64,000 nt of DNA. Origin: an uncultured cyanobacterium. GTDB lineage: Bacteria > Cyanobacteriota > Cyanobacteriia > PCC-9006 > JAAUQQ01. Positions 63,393-64,000 of the stretch are shown in pieces (position 1 is the stretch's first letter; each line of letters opens with the position of its first letter). The position numbers were made by a program, and so were the translations under genes. The stretch is from NCBI GenBank assembly GCA_963718615.1, contig OY970368.1:5824001-5888000 (forward strand), given 5' to 3'. The notes below the pieces were generated by a model that ran no database searches, had not been told where the DNA came from, and saw only the letters and a program-made list of their open reading frames with translations.

Positions 63393-64000
63393 CTATTGGT
63401 CATGCGACCCTTCACCACTTCTTAAAGTCTTAACCCAGCGAATTACATCCTCAGGCAAACGCCGCGCCCAAGCACGACAATAATCAATTCGAGCCCTAGG
63501 CTCCTGCCAAACACTAAAATAAAAGCGATGGTCATACTTGCGAAAATGAGGAAAGAAAAACCCTGCCCCATAATCAACCTGAGGACCCACAAGTCGTTGA
63601 AGAATTTGACAGGACAGAACTTCTAACTCAGCGTCCTGGTATTGCTCTTGATAGGGTCCGGCGATAATCGCTTGAGGAACTTCTAAATTAAATAGAATTT
63701 CAAGTAGCTTGAGTTGCAGTAAAAGCAATCGTACACACTCGAACATTTCTACGGTTTCTAAAATGCTTTTCCAGTCAAGACAAGGGTGGCTCTTCACTAA
63801 TGCCATAGCATCAACAAGCTGGCATAGCTTTAACTTTAAACAACAATGGTCCTTAGCTAGATATAAGCACAATAGAACAAAGAGATCTTCCGGTTGCAAG
63901 CAAGGAACTTCAAGATTTTCCCCTTCCGATAGGTTTAATTGCAGTTGAGTCAACCGTGCGATCAAAAAATCAGCACCCAAGACCTGTGAAAATTCTGGAG
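63393..64000 (-). CDS. Nucleotidyltransferase family protein (NTP_transf_5-like), 5' part outside window
   Basis: L.PEDL...LC...AK......L..L.D...L.....LDW pattern; the frame appears to continue to the window edge. Confidence 0.65.
   Translation of the reverse strand, partial: PEFSQVLGADFLIARLTQLQLNLSEGENLEVPCLQPEDLFVLLCLYLAKDHCCLKLKLCQLVDAMALVKSHPCLDWKSILETVEMFECVRLLLLQLKLLEILFNLEVPQAIIAGPYQEQYQDAELEVLSCQILQRLVGPQVDYGAGFFFPHFRKYDHRFYFSVWQEPRARIDYCRAWARRLPEDVIRWVKTLRSGEGSHDQ

Overview
Cyanobacterial chromosome segment: HIP1 octamers (GCGATCGC) are abundant, and split rpoC1/rpoC2 and psaE are present. Core genes are atpD (partial), rsmG, hisD-rpsT-tatD-rpoB-rpoC1-rpoC2, psaE, an RRM protein, crtB, tenA-ktrB-ktrA-anmK, hpnB/shc, an ABC1 kinase and recN. 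They are interleaved with signalling and accessory modules. Best leads: (1) a bacterial-type crtI sits divergently upstream of crtB, where cyanobacteria usually have crtP, and the spacer holds a short apparent crtP 3'-end relic (SGKLTAQAIA) containing an extended -10, suggesting in-place displacement of the desaturase. (2) A PruR-like, Cys-less SUOX-fold lipoprotein is paired with a hybrid histidine kinase and separated from it by a 14-bp tandem repeat, a candidate pterin-sensing system. (3) An NB-ARC/WD40 STAND gene is coupled to a His-less pseudokinase, an intact paralogous kinase and a lone receiver. (4) An EACC1-like + caspase-GUN4 pair. (5) A probably inactive HsdR N-terminal domain lies next to an RHH-TOBE regulator. 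(6) An AT-rich membrane-protein gene is bracketed by two IS relics. All family assignments come from motif recognition by eye; no database searches were run.
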